Assembly: GCA_032718475.1 (NCBI GenBank)
Contig: JAUCBJ010005844.1
Location: 1 to 50,737 of the forward strand
DNA length: 50,737 nucleotides
Reading direction: 5' to 3'
Source: Nemertoderma westbladi
Taxonomy: Eukaryota > Animalia > Xenacoelomorpha
In this document: positions 1 to 13,797 of the stretch, in pieces
Numbering within the stretch: the stretch's first letter is position 1
Layout: each line of letters starts with the position of its first letter
Notes under the pieces: generated by a model
Seen by the model: the letters and a program-made list of their open reading frames with translations, nothing else
What the model was told of the DNA's origin: nothing
Databases searched by the model: none
Program-made: the position numbers and the translations under genes

Positions 1-3000
1 GAGTTCGGTGTTCGTAGTACCGAGGTTGAGAAGGTGCGTTGCTTACGAGTTCAGTGTTCGTAGTACCGAGGTTGAGAAGACGCGTTGCTTACGAGTTCAG
101 TGTTCGTAGTACCGAGGTTGAGAAGGTGCGTTGCTTACGAGTTCAGTGTTCGTAGTACCGAGGTTGAGAAGACGCGTTGCTTACGAGTTCAGTGTTCGTA
201 GTACCGAGGTTGAGAAGGTGCGTTGCTTACGAGTTCAGTGTTCGTAGTACCGAGGTTGAGAAGGTGCGTTGCTTACGAGTTCGGTGTTCGTAGTACCGAG
301 GTTGAGAAGGTGCGTTGCTTACGAGTTCAGTGTTCGTAGTACCGAGGTTGAGAAGGTGCGTTGCTTACGAGTTCGGTGTTCGTAGTACCGAGGTTGAGAA
401 GGTGCGTTGCTTACGAGTTCAGTGTTCGTAGTACCGAGGTTGAGAAGACGCGTTGCTTACGAGTTCGGTGTTCGTAGTACCGAGGTTGAGAAGGTGCGTT
501 GCTTACGAGTTCAGTGTTCGTAGTACCGAGGTTGAGAAGGTGCGTTGCTTACGAGTTCAGTGTTCGTAGTACCGAGGTTGAGAAGGTGCGTTGCTTACGA
601 GTTCAGTGTTCGTAGTACCGAGGTTGAGAAGGTGCGTTGCTTACGAGTTCGGTGTTCGTAGTACCGAGGTTGAGAAGGTGCGTTGCTTACGAGTTCAGTG
701 TTCGTAGTACCGAGGTTGAGAAGGTGCGTTGCTTACGAGTTCGGTGTTCGTAGTACCGAGGTTGAGAAGGTGCGTTGCTTACGAGTTCGGTGTTCGTAGT
801 ACCGAGGTTGAGAAGGTGCGTTGCTTACGAGTTCGGTGTTCGTAGTACCGAGGTTGAGAAGGTGCGTTGCTTACGAGTTCAGTGTTCGTAGTACCGAGGT
901 TGAGAAGGTGCGTTGCTTACGAGTTCGGTGTTCGTAGTACCGAGGTTGAGAAGGTGCGTTGCTTACGAGTTCGGTGTTCGTAGTACCGAGGTTGAGAAGG
1001 TGCGTTGCTTACGAGTTCGGTGTTCGTAGTACCGAGGTTGAGAAGGTGCGTTGCTTACGAGTTCAGTGTTCGTAGTACCGAGGTTGAGAAGGTGCGTTGC
1101 TTACGAGTTCAGTGTTCGTAGTACCGAGGTTGAGAAGGTGCGTTGCTTACGAGTTCGGTGTTCGTAGTACCGAGGTTGAGAAGGTGCGTTGCTTACGAGT
1201 TCAGTGTTCGTAGTACCGAGGTTGAGAAGGTGCGTTGCTTACGAGTTCGGTGTTCGTAGTACCGAGGTTGAGAAGGTGCGTTGCTTACGAGTTCGGTGTT
1301 CGTAGTACCGAGGTTGAGAAGGTGCGTTGCTTACGAGTTCGGTGTTCGTAGTACCGAGGTTGAGAAGGTGCGTTGCTTACGAGTTCGGTGTTCGTAGTAC
1401 CGAGGTTGAGAAGGTGCGTTGCTTACGAGTTCAGTGTTCGTAGTACCGAGGTTGAGAAGGTGCGTTGCTTACGAGTTCAGGTGTTCGTAGTACCGAGGTT
1501 GAGAAGGTGCGTTGCTTACGAGTTCGGTGTTCGTAGTACCGAGGTTGAGAAGGTGCGTTGCTTACGAGTTCAGTGTTCGTAGTACCGAGGTTGAGAAGGT
1601 GCGTTGCTTACGAGTTCGGTGTTCGTAGTACCGAGGTTGAGAAGGTGCGTTGCTTACGAGTTCGGTGTTCGTAGTACCGAGGTTGAGAAGGTGCGTTGCT
1701 TACGAGTTCAGTGTTCGTAGTACCGAGGTTGAGAAGGTGCGTTGCTTACGAGTTCGGTGTTCGTAGTACCGAGGTTGAGAAGGTGCGTTGCTTACGAGTT
1801 CGGTGTTCGTAGTACCGAGGTTGAGAAGGTGCGTTGCTTACGAGTTCGGTGTTCGTAGTACCGAGGTTGAGAAGGTGCGTTGCTTACGAGTTCAGTGTTC
1901 GTAGTACCGAGGTTGAGAAGGTGCGTTGCTTACGAGTTCGGTGTTCGTAGTACCGAGGTTGAGAAGGTGCGTTGCTTACGAGTTCAGGTGTTCGTAGTAC
2001 CGAGGTTGAGAAGGTGCGTTGCTTACGAGTTCGGTGTTCGTAGTACCGAGGTTGAGAAGGTGCGTTGCTTACGAGTTCAGTGTTCGTAGTACCGAGGTTG
2101 AGAAGGTGCGTTGCTTACGAGTTCGGTGTTCGTAGTACCGAGGTTGAGAAGGTGCGTTGCTTACGAGTTCAGTGTTCGTAGTACCGAGGTTGAGAAGGTG
2201 CGTTGCTTACGAGTTCGGTGTTCGTAGTACCGAGGTTGAGAAGGTGCGTTGCTTACGAGTTCGGTGTTCGTAGTACCGAGGTTGAGAAGGTGCGTTGCTT
2301 ACGAGTTCAGTGTTCGTAGTACCGAGGTTGAGAAGGTGCGTTGCTTACGAGTTCGGTGTTCGTAGTACCGAGGTTGAGAAGGTGCGTTGCTTACGAGTTC
2401 AGTGTTCGTAGTACCGAGGTTGAGAAGGTGCGTTGCTTACGAGTTCGGTGTTCGTAGTACCGAGGTTGAGAAGGTGCGTTGCTTACGAGTTCAGTGTTCG
2501 TAGTACCGAGGTTGAGAAGGTGCGTTGCTTACGAGTTCGGTGTTCGTAGTACCGAGGTTGAGAAGGTGCGTTGCTTACGAGTTCGGTGTTCGTAGTACCG
2601 AGGTTGAGAAGGTGCGTTGCTTACGAGTTCAGTGTTCGTAGTACCGAGGTTGAGAAGGTGCGTTGCTTACGAGTTCGGTGTTCGTAGTACCGAGGTTGAG
2701 AAGGTGCGTTGCTTACGAGTTCAGTGTTCGTAGTACCGAGGTTGAGAAGGTGCGTTGCTTACGAGTTCAGTGTTCGTAGTACCGAGGTTGAGAAGGTGCG
2801 TTGCTTACGAGTTCAGTGTTCGTAGTACCGAGGTTGAGAAGGTGCGTTGCTTACGAGTTCAGTGTTCGTAGTACCGAGGTTGAGAAGGTGCGTTGCTTAC
2901 GAGTTCGGTGTTCGTAGTACCGAGGTTGAGAAGGTGCGTTGCTTACGAGTTCAGTGTTCGTAGTACCGAGGTTGAGAAGGTGCGTTGCTTACGAGTTCGG

Positions 3001-6000
3001 TGTTCGTAGTACCGAGGTTGAGAAGGTGCGTTGCTTACGAGTTCAGGTGTTCGTAGTACCGAGGTTGAGAAGGTGCGTTGCTTACGAGTTCGGTGTTCGT
3101 AGTACCGAGGTTGAGAAGGTGCGTTGCTTACGAGTTCGGTGTTCGTAGTACCGAGGTTGAGAAGGTGCGTTGCTTACGAGTTCAGTGTTCGTAGTACCGA
3201 GGTTGAGAAGGTGCGTTGCTTACGAGTTCGGTGTTCGTAGTACCGAGGTTGAGAAGGTGCGTTGCTTACGAGTTCAGTGTTCGTAGTACCGAGGTTGAGA
3301 AGGTGCGTTGCTTACGAGTTCAGTGTTCGTAGTACCGAGGTTGAGAAGGTGCGTTGCTTACGAGTTCGGTGTTCGTAGTACCGAGGTTGAGAAGGTGCGT
3401 TGCTTACGAGTTCGGTGTTCGTAGTACCGAGGTTGAGAAGGTGCGTTGCTTACGAGTTCAGTGTTCGTAGTACCGAGGTTGAGAAGGTGCGTTGCTTACG
3501 AGTTCAGTGTTCGTAGTACCGAGGTTGAGAAGGTGCGTTGCTTACGAGTTCAGTGTTCGTAGTACCGAGGTTGAGAAGGTGCGTTGCTTACGAGTTCAGT
3601 GTTCGTAGTACCGAGGTTGAGAAGGTGCGTTGCTTACGAGTTCGGTGTTCGTAGTACCGAGGTTGAGAAGGTGCGTTGCTTACGAGTTCAGTGTTCGTAG
3701 TACCGAGGTTGAGAAGGTGCGTTGCTTACGAGTTCGGTGTTCGTAGTACCGAGGTTGAGAAGGTGCGTTGCTTACGAGTTCAGTGTTCGTAGTACCGAGG
3801 TTGAGAAGGTGCGTTGCTTACGAGTTCAGTGTTCGTAGTACCGAGGTTGAGAAGGTGCGTTGCTTACGAGTTCAGTGTTCGTAGTACCGAGGTTGAGAAG
3901 GTGCGTTGCTTACGAGTTCGGTGTTCGTAGTACCGAGGTTGAGAAGGTGCGTTGCTTACGAGTTCGGTGTTCGTAGTACCGAGGTTGAGAAGGTGCGTTG
4001 CTTACGAGTTCAGTGTTCGTAGTACCGAGGTTGAGAAGGTGCGTTGCTTACGAGTTCAGGTGTTCGTAGTACCGAGGTTGAGAAGGTGCGTTGCTTACGA
4101 GTTCAGTGTTCGTAGTACCGAGGTTGAGAAGGTGCGTTGCTTACGAGTTCAGTGTTCGTAGTACCGAGGTTGAGAAGGTGCGTTGCTTACGAGTTCAGTG
4201 TTCGTAGTACCGAGGTTGAGAAGGTGCGTTGCTTACGAGTTCGGTGTTCGTAGTACCGAGGTTGAGAAGGTGCGTTGCTTACGAGTTCAGTGTTCGTAGT
4301 ACCGAGGTTGAGAAGGTGCGTTGCTTACGAGTTCAGTGTTCGTAGTACCGAGGTTGAGAAGGTGCGTTGCTTACGAGTTCAGTGTTCGTAGTACCGAGGT
4401 TGAGAAGGTGCGTTGCTTACGAGTTCGGTGTTCGTAGTACCGAGGTTGAGAAGGTGCGTTGCTTACGAGTTCGGTGTTCGTAGTACCGAGGTTGAGAAGG
4501 TGCGTTGCTTACGAGTTCAGTGTTCGTAGTACCGAGGTTGAGAAGGTGCGTTGCTTACGAGTTCAGTGTTCGTAGTACCGAGGTTGAGAAGGTGCGTTGC
4601 TTACGAGTTCGGTGTTCGTAGTACCGAGGTTGAGAAGGTGCGTTGCTTACGAGTTCAGTGTTCGTAGTACCGAGGTTGAGAAGGTGCGTTGCTTACGAGT
4701 TCGGTGTTCGTAGTACCGAGGTTGAGAAGGTGCGTTGCTTACGAGTTCAGTGTTCGTAGTACCGAGGTTGAGAAGGTGCGTTGCTTACGAGTTCAGTGTT
4801 CGTAGTACCGAGGTTGAGAAGGTGCGTTGCTTACGAGTTCAGTGTTCGTAGTACCGAGGTTGAGAAGGTGCGTTGCTTACGAGTTCAGTGTTCGTAGTAC
4901 CGAGGTTGAGAAGGTGCGTTGCTTACGAGTTCAGTGTTCGTAGTACCGAGGTTGAGAAGGTGCGTTGCTTACGAGTTCAGTGTTCGTAGTACCGAGGTTG
5001 AGAAGGTGCGTTGCTTACGAGTTCAGTGTTCGTAGTACCGAGGTTGAGAAGGTGCGTTGCTTACGAGTTCGGTGTTCGTAGTACCGAGGTTGAGAAGGTG
5101 CGTTGCTTACGAGTTCGGTGTTCGTAGTACCGAGGTTGAGAAGGTGCGTTGCTTACGAGTTCAGTGTTCGTAGTACCGAGGTTGAGAAGGTGCGTTGCTT
5201 ACGAGTTCGGTGTTCGTAGTACCGAGGTTGAGAAGGTGCGTTGCTTACGAGTTCAGTGTTCGTAGTACCGAGGTTGAGAAGGTGCGTTGCTTACGAGTTC
5301 AGTGTTCGTAGTACCGAGGTTGAGAAGGTGCGTTGCTTACGAGTTCGGTGTTCGTAGTACCGAGGTTGAGAAGGTGCGTTGCTTACGAGTTCAGTGTTCG
5401 TAGTACCGAGGTTGAGAAGGTGCGTTGCTTACGAGTTCAGTGTTCGTAGTACCGAGGTTGAGAAGGTGCGTTGCTTACGAGTTCGGTGTTCGTAGTACCG
5501 AGGTTGAGAAGGTGCGTTGCTTACGAGTTCAGTGTTCGTAGTACCGAGGTTGAGAAGGTGCGTTGCTTACGAGTTCGGTGTTCGTAGTACCGAGGTTGAG
5601 AAGGTGCGTTGCTTACGAGTTCAGTGTTCGTAGTACCGAGGTTGAGAAGGTGCGTTGCTTACGAGTTCAGTGTTCGTAGTACCGAGGTTGAGAAGGTGCG
5701 TTGCTTACGAGTTCGGTGTTCGTAGTACCGAGGTTGAGAAGGTGCGTTGCTTACGAGTTCGGTGTTCGTAGTACCGAGGTTGAGAAGGTGCGTTGCTTAC
5801 GAGTTCAGTGTTCGTAGTACCGAGGTTGAGAAGGTGCGTTGCTTACGAGTTCGGTGTTCGTAGTACCGAGGTTGAGAAGGTGCGTTGCTTACGAGTTCAG
5901 GTGTTCGTAGTACCGAGGTTGAGAAGGTGCGTTGCTTACGAGTTCGGTGTTCGTAGTACCGAGGTTGAGAAGGTGCGTTGCTTACGAGTTCAGTGTTCGT

Positions 6001-9000
6001 AGTACCGAGGTTGAGAAGGTGCGTTGCTTACGAGTTCGGTGTTCGTAGTACCGAGGTTGAGAAGGTGCGTTGCTTACGAGTTCGGTGTTCGTAGTACCGA
6101 GGTTGAGAAGGTGCGTTGCTTACGAGTTCAGTGTTCGTAGTACCGAGGTTGAGAAGGTGCGTTGCTTACGAGTTCGGTGTTCGTAGTACCGAGGTTGAGA
6201 AGGTGCGTTGCTTACGAGTTCAGTGTTCGTAGTACCGAGGTTGAGAAGGTGCGTTGCTTACGAGTTCAGGTGTTCGTAGTACCGAGGTTGAGAAGGTGCG
6301 TTGCTTACGAGTTCAGTGTTCGTAGTACCGAGGTTGAGAAGGTGCGTTGCTTACGAGTTCAGTGTTCGTAGTACCGAGGTTGAGAAGGTGCGTTGCTTAC
6401 GAGTTCAGTGTTCGTAGTACCGAGGTTGAGAAGGTGCGTTGCTTACGAGTTCGGTGTTCGTAGTACCGAGGTTGAGAAGGTGCGTTGCTTACGAGTTCAG
6501 TGTTCGTAGTACCGAGGTTGAGAAGGTGCGTTGCTTACGAGTTCAGTGTTCGTAGTACCGAGGTTGAGAAGGTGCGTTGCTTACGAGTTCGGTGTTCGTA
6601 GTACCGAGGTTGAGAAGGTGCGTTGCTTACGAGTTCGGTGTTCGTAGTACCGAGGTTGAGAAGGTGCGTTGCTTACGAGTTCAGTGTTCGTAGTACCGAG
6701 GTTGAGAAGGTGCGTTGCTTACGAGTTCGGTGTTCGTAGTACCGAGGTTGAGAAGGTGCGTTGCTTACGAGTTCAGTGTTCGTAGTACCGAGGTTGAGAA
6801 GGTGCGTTGCTTACGAGTTCGGTGTTCGTAGTACCGAGGTTGAGAAGGTGCGTTGCTTACGAGTTCGGTGTTCGTAGTACCGAGGTTGAGAAGGTGCGTT
6901 GCTTACGAGTTCGGTGTTCGTAGTACCGAGGTTGAGAAGGTGCGTTGCTTACGAGTTCGGTGTTCGTAGTACCGAGGTTGAGAAGGTGCGTTGCTTACGA
7001 GTTCAGTGTTCGTAGTACCGAGGTTGAGAAGGTGCGTTGCTTACGAGTTCGGTGTTCGTAGTACCGAGGTTGAGAAGGTGCGTTGCTTACGAGTTCGGTG
7101 TTCGTAGTACCGAGGTTGAGAAGGTGCGTTGCTTACGAGTTCGGTGTTCGTAGTACCGAGGTTGAGAAGGTGCGTTGCTTACGAGTTCGGTGTTCGTAGT
7201 ACCGAGGTTGAGAAGGTGCGTTGCTTACGAGTTCGGTGTTCGTAGTACCGAGGTTGAGAAGGTGCGTTGCTTACGAGTTCAGTGTTCGTAGTACCGAGGT
7301 TGAGAAGGTGCGTTGCTTACGAGTTCAGTGTTCGTAGTACCGAGGTTGAGAAGGTGCGTTGCTTACGAGTTCAGTGTTCGTAGTACCGAGGTTGAGAAGG
7401 TGCGTTGCTTACGAGTTCGGTGTTCGTAGTACCGAGGTTGAGAAGGTGCGTTGCTTACGAGTTCAGTGTTCGTAGTACCGAGGTTGAGAAGGTGCGTTGC
7501 TTACGAGTTCAGTGTTCGTAGTACCGAGGTTGAGAAGGTGCGTTGCTTACGAGTTCAGTGTTCGTAGTACCGAGGTTGAGAAGGTGCGTTGCTTACGAGT
7601 TCAGTGTTCGTAGTACCGAGGTTGAGAAGGTGCGTTGCTTACGAGTTCAGTGTTCGTAGTACCGAGGTTGAGAAGGTGCGTTGCTTACGAGTTCAGTGTT
7701 CGTAGTACCGAGGTTGAGAAGGTGCGTTGCTTACGAGTTCAGTGTTCGTAGTACCGAGGTTGAGAAGGTGCGTTGCTTACGAGTTCGGTGTTCGTAGTAC
7801 CGAGGTTGAGAAGGTGCGTTGCTTACGAGTTCGGTGTTCGTAGTACCGAGGTTGAGAAGGTGCGTTGCTTACGAGTTCAGTGTTCGTAGTACCGAGGTTG
7901 AGAAGGTGCGTTGCTTACGAGTTCGGTGTTCGTAGTACCGAGGTTGAGAAGGTGCGTTGCTTACGAGTTCAGTGTTCGTAGTACCGAGGTTGAGAAGGTG
8001 CGTTGCTTACGAGTTCAGTGTTCGTAGTACCGAGGTTGAGAAGGTGCGTTGCTTACGAGTTCGGTGTTCGTAGTACCGAGGTTGAGAAGGTGCGTTGCTT
8101 ACGAGTTCAGTGTTCGTAGTACCGAGGTTGAGAAGGTGCGTTGCTTACGAGTTCGGTGTTCGTAGTACCGAGGTTGAGAAGGTGCGTTGCTTACGAGTTC
8201 AGTGTTCGTAGTACCGAGGTGGAGAAGGTGCGTTGCTTACGAGTTCAGTGTTCGTAGTACCGAGGTTGAGAAGGTGCGTTGCTTACGAGTTCGGTGTTCG
8301 TAGTACCGAGGTGGAGAAGGTGCGTTGCTTACGAGTTCGGTGTTCGTAGTACCGAGGTTGAGAAGGTGCGTTGCTTACGAGTTCGGTGTTCGTAGTACCG
8401 AGGTTGAGAAGGTGCGTTGCTTACGAGTTCAGTGTCGTACTACCGAGGTTGAGAAGGTGCGTTGCTTACGAGTTCAGTGTTCGTAGTACCGAGGTTGAGA
8501 AGGTGCGTGCTTACGAGTTCGGTGTTCGTAGTACCGAGGTTGAGAAGGTGCGTTGCTTACGAGTTCGGTGTTCGTAGTACCGAGGTTGAGAAGGTGCGTT
8601 GCTTACGAGTTCAGTGTTCGTAGTACCGAGGTTGAGAAGGTGCGTTGCTTACGAGTTCGGTGTTCGTAGTACCGAGGTTGAGAAGGTGCGTTGCTTACGA
8701 GTTCAGTGTTCGTAGTACCGAGGTTGAGAAGGTGCGTTGCTTACGAGTTCAGTGTTCGTAGTACCGAGGTTGAGAAGGTGCGTTGCTTACGAGTTCGGTG
8801 TTCGTAGTACCGAGGTTGAGAAGGTGCGTTGCTTACGAGTTCGGTGTTCGTAGTACCGAGGTTGAGAAGGTGCGTTGCTTACGAGTTCAGTGTTCGTAGT
8901 ACCGAGGTTGAGAAGGTGCGTTGCTTACGAGTTCAGTGTTCGTAGTACCGAGGTTGAGAAGGTGCGTTGCTTACGAGTTCGGTGTTCGTAGTACCGAGGT

Positions 9001-12000
9001 TGAGAAGGTGCGTTGCTTACGAGTTCGGTGTTCGTAGTACCGAGGTTGAGAAGGTGCGTTGCTTACGAGTTCAGTGTTCGTAGTACCGAGGTTGAGAAGG
9101 TGCGTTGCTTACGAGTTCGGTGTTCGTAGTACCGAGGTTGAGAAGGTGCGTTGCTTACGAGTTCAGTGTTCGTAGTACCGAGGTTGAGAAGGTGCGTTGC
9201 TTACGAGTTCAGTTTTCGTAGTACCGAGGTTGAGAAGGTGCGTTGCTTACGAGTTCAGTGTTCGTAGTACCGAGGTTGAGAAGGTGCGTTGCTTACGAGT
9301 TCGGTGTTCGTAGTACCGAGGTTGAGAAGGTGCGTTGCTTACGAGTTCAGTGTTCGTAGTACCGAGGTTGAGAAGGTGCGTTGCTTACGAGTTCGGTGTT
9401 CGTAGTACCGAGGTTGAGAAGGTGCGTTGCTTACGAGTTCGGTGTTCGTAGTACCGAGGTTGAGAAGGTGCGTTGCTTACGAGTTCGGTGTTCGTAGTAC
9501 CGAGGTTGAGAAGGTGCGTTGCTTACGAGTTCGGTGTTCGTAGTACCGAGGTTGAGAAGGTGCGTTGCTTACGAGTTCAGTGTTCGTAGTACCGAGGTTG
9601 AGAAGGTGCGTTGCTTACGAGTTCGGTGTTCGTACTACCGAGGTTGAGAAGGTGCGTTGCGTACGAGTTCGGTGTTCGTAGTACCGAGGTTGAGAAGGTG
9701 CGTTGCTTACGAGTTCAGTGTTCGTAGTACCGAGGTTGAGAAGGTGCGTTGCTTACGAGTTCGGTGTTCGTAGTACCGAGGTTGAGAAGGTGCGTTGCTT
9801 ACGAGTTCGGTGTTCGTAGTACCGAGGTGGAGAAGGTGCGTTGCTTACGAGTTCAGTGTTCGTAGTACCGAGGTTGAGAAGGTGCGTTGCTTACGAGTTC
9901 GGTGTTCGTAGTACCGAGGTTGAGAAGGTGCGTTGCGTACGAGTTCGGTGTTCGTAGTACCGAGGTTGAGAAGGTGCGTTGCGTACGAGTTCGGTGTTCG
10001 TAGTACCGAGGTTGAGAAGGTGCGTTGCTTACGAGTTCAGTGTTCGTAGTACCGAGGTTGAGAAGGTGCGTTGCGTACGAGTTCGGTGTTCGTAGTACCG
10101 AGGTTGAGAAGGTGCGTTGCGTACGAGTTCGGTGTTCGTAGTACCGAGGTTGAGAAGGTGCGTTGCGTACGAGTTCGGTGTTCGTAGTACCGAGGTTGAG
10201 AAGGTGCGTTGCTTACGAGTTCGGTGTTCGTAGTACCGAGGTGGAGAAGGTGCGTTGCTTACGAGTTCGGTGTTCGTAGTACCGAGGTTGAGAAGGTGCG
10301 TTGCTTACGAGTTCAGTGTTCGTAGTACCGAGGTTGAGAAGGTGCGTTGCTTACGAGTTCAGTGTTCGTAGTACCGAGGTTGAGAAGGTGCGTTGCTTAC
10401 GAGTTCAGTGTCGTAGTACCGAGGTTGAGAAGGTGCGTTGCTTACGAGTTCGGTGTTCGTAGTACCGAGGTGGAGAAGGTGCGTTGCTTACGAGTTCGGT
10501 GTTCGTAGTACCGAGGTTGAGAAGGTGCGTTGCTTACGAGTTCAGTATTCGTAGTACCGAGGTTGAGAAGGTGCGTTGCTTACGAGTTCAGTGTTCGTAG
10601 TACCGAGGTTGAGAAGGTGCGTTGCTTACGAGTTCAGTGTCGTAGTACCGAGGTTGAGAAGGTGCGTTGCTTACGAGTTCAGTGTTCGTAGTACCGAGGT
10701 TGAGAAGGTGCGTTGCTTACGAGTTCAGTATTCGTAGTACCGAGGTTGAGAAGGTGCGTTGCTTACGAGTTCAGTGTTCGTAGTACCGAGGTTGAGAAGG
10801 TGCGTTGCTTACGAGTTCAGTGTCGTAGTACCGAGGTTGAGAAGGTGCGTTGCTTACGAGTTCAGTGTTCGTAGTACCGAGTTTGAGAAGGTGCGTTGCT
10901 TACGAGTTCAGTGTTCGTAGTACCGAGGTTGAGAAGGTGCGTTGCTTACGAGTTCAGTATTCGTAGTACCGAGGTTGAGAAGGTGCGTTGCTTACGAGTT
11001 CAGTGTTCGTAGTACCGAGGTTGAGAAGGTGCGTTGCTTACGAGTTCAGTGTTCGTAGTACCGAGGTTGAGAAGGTGCGTTGCTCACGAGTTCAGTGTTC
11101 GTAGTACCGAGTTTGAGAAGGTGCGTTGCTTACGAGTTCAGTGTTCGTAGTACCGAGGTTGAGAAGGTGCGTTGCTTACGAGTTCAGTGTTCGTAGTACC
11201 GAGGTTGAGAAGGTGCGTTGCTTACGAGTTCAGTATTCGTAGTACCGAGGTTGAGAAGGTGCGTTGCTTACGAGTTCAGTGTTCGTAGTACCGAGGTTGA
11301 GAAGGTGCGTTGCTCACGAGTTCAGTGTTCGTAGTACCGAGGTTGAGAAGGTGCGTTGCGTACGAGTTCAGTGTTCGTAGTACCGAGGTTGAGAAGGTGC
11401 GTTGCTCACGAGTTCAGTGTTCGTAGTACCGAGGTTGAGAAGGTGCGTTGCTTACGAGTTCAGTGTTCGTAGTACCGAGGTGGAGAAGGTGCGTTGCTTA
11501 CGAGTTCAGTGTTCGTAGTACCGAGGTTGAGAAGGTGCGTTGCTTACGAGTTCGGTGTTCGTAGTACCGAGGTGGAGAAGGTGCGTTGCTTACGAGTTCA
11601 GTGTTCGTAGTACCGAGGTTGAGAAGGTGCGTTGCTTACGAGTTCGGTGTTCGTAGTACCGAGGTTGAGAAGGTGCGTTGCTTACGAGTTCAGTGTTCGT
11701 AGTACCGAGGTGGAGAAGGTGCGTTGCTTACGAGTTCAGTGTTCGTAGTACCGAGGTTGAGAAGGTGCGTTGCTTACGAGTTCGGTGTTCGTAGTACCGA
11801 GGTGGAGAAGGTGCGTTGTTTACGAGTTCGGTGTTCGTAGTACCGAGGTAGAGAAGGTGCGTTGCTTACGAGTTCGGTGTTCGTATTACCGAGGTTGCGA
11901 AGGTGCGTTGCTTACGAGTTCAGTGTCGTACTACCGAGGTTGAGAAGGTGCGTTGCTTACGAGTTCAGTGTTCGTAGTACCGAGGTTGAGAAGGTGCGTT

Positions 12001-13726
12001 GAGTTCGGTGTTCGTAGTACCGAGGTTGAGAAGGTGCGTTGCTTACGAGTTCGGTGTTCGTAGTACCGAGGTTGAGAAGGTGCGTTGCTTACGAGTTCAG
12101 TGTTCGTAGTACCGAGGTGGAGAAGGTGCGTTGCTTACGAGTTCGGTGTTCGTAGTACCGAGGTTGAGAAGGTGCGTTGCTTACGAGTTCAGTGTTCGTA
12201 GTACCGAGGTTGAGAAGGTGCGTTGCTTACGAGTTCAGTGTTCGTAGTACCGAGGTTGAGAAGGTGCGTTGCTTACGAGTTCGGTGTTCGTAGTACCGAG
12301 GTTGAGAAGGTGCGTTGCTTACGAGTTCAGTGTTCGTAGTACCGAGGTGGAGAAGGTGCGTTGCTTACGAGTTCAGTGTTCGTAGTACCGAGGTTGAGAA
12401 GGTGCGTTGCTTACGAGTTCGGTGTTCGTAGTACCGAGGTGGAGAAGGTGCGTTGCTTACGAGTTCAGTGTTCGTAGTACCGAGGTTGAGAAGGTGCGTT
12501 GCTTACGAGTTCGGTGTTCGTAGTACCGAGGTTGAGAAGGTGCGTTGCTTACGAGTTCAGTGTTCGTAGTACCGAGGTGGAGAAGGTGCGTTGCTTACGA
12601 GTTCAGTGTTCGTAGTACCGAGGTTGAGAAGGTGCGTTGCTTACGAGTTCGGTGTTCGTAGTACCGAGGTGGAGAAGGTGCGTTGTTTACGAGTTCGGTG
12701 TTCGTAGTACCGAGGTTGAGAAGGTGCGTTGCTTACGAGTTCGGTGTTCGTATTACCGAGGTTGCGAAGGTGCGTTGCTTACGAGTTCAGTGTCGTAGTA
12801 CCGAGGTTGAGAAGGTGCGTTGCTTACGAGTTCGGTGTTCGTAGTACCGAGGTGGAGAAGGTGCGTTGCTTACGAGTTCGGTGTTCGTAGTACCGAGGTG
12901 GAGAAGGTGCGTTGCTTACGAGTTCAGTGTTCGTAGTACCGAGGTTGAGAAGGTGCGTTGCTTACGAGTTCGGTGTTCGTAGTACCGAGGTTGAGAAGGT
13001 GCGTTGCTTACGAGTTCAGTGTTCGTAGTACCGAGGTGGAGAAGGTGCGTTGCTTACGAGTTCAGTGTTCGTAGTACCGAGGTTGAGAAGGTGCGTTGCT
13101 TACGAGTTCGGTGTTCGTAGTACCGAGGTGGAGAAGGTGCGTTGCTTACGAGTTCAGTGTTCGTAGTACCGAGGTTGAGAAGGTGCGTTGCTTACGAGTT
13201 CGGTGTTCGTAGTACCGAGGTTGAGAAGGTGCGTTGCTTACGAGTTCAGTGTTCGTAGTACCGAGGTGGAGAAGGTGCGTTGCTTACGAGTTCAGTGTTC
13301 GTAGTACCGAGGTTGAGAAGGTGCGTTGCTTACGAGTTCGGTGTTCGTAGTACCGAGGTGGAGAAGGTGCGTTGTTTACGAGTTCGGTGTTCGTAGTACC
13401 GAGGTTGAGAAGGTGCGTTGCTTACGAGTTCGGTGTTCGTATTACCGAGGTTGCGAAGGTGCGTTGCTTACGAGTTCAGTGTCGTACTACCGAGGTTGAG
13501 AAGGTGCGTTGCTTACGAGTTCAGTGTTCGTAGTACCGAGGTTGAGAAGGTGCGTTGAGTTCGGTGTTCGTAGTACCGAGGTTGAGAAGGTGCGTTGCTT
13601 ACGAGTTCGGTGTTCGTAGTACCGAGGTTGAGAAGGTGCGTTGCTTACGAGTTCAGTGTTCGTAGTACCGAGGTGGAGAAGGTGCGTTGCTTACGAGTTC
13701 GGTGTTCGTAGTACCGAGGTTGAGAA
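1..13726. repeat. Satellite A, left block: 46-bp tandem repeat, ~300 copies, continues beyond the left edge
   Basis: Monomer GAGTTC(A/G)GTGTTCGTAGTACCGAGGTTGAGAAGGTGCGTTGCTTAC read directly. Near-perfect copies; copy number estimated as length/46. Confidence 0.99.
13712..13726 (+). other. Left target-site duplication (TACCGAGGTTGAGAA) of the LINE insertion
   Basis: The satellite stops after this 15-mer and resumes at 14716 with the same 15-mer, so 15 bp of one monomer are duplicated around the insert. Confidence 0.9.
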
Positions 13727-13797
13727 TAATAAATAATAATAATATATATTTATTTATATAGCGCCAAATTTACATAATATACGTACTCTAAGGCGCT
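13727..13797 (-). other. LINE 3' terminal stem-loop and (TTA)n tail
   Basis: Inverted repeat AGCGCC (13760-13765)/GGCGCT (13792-13797), followed on the minus strand by ATATAAAT and TTA repeats. In L2-clade LINEs a 3' stem-loop plus short repeat tail is the RT recognition signal. Confidence 0.7.

Noticed and set aside
1-92. tRNA/SINE origin of the 46-mer (A-box-like TAGTACCGAGG, B-box-like GAGTTCRG)
   Set aside because: Both boxes are poor matches and I cannot fold a cloverleaf. The link to Maf1/Pol III is attractive but unsupported.
1373-8577. 68-69 aa ORFs in satellite A
   Set aside because: Created by small indels in individual monomers that postpone the periodic stop codon.
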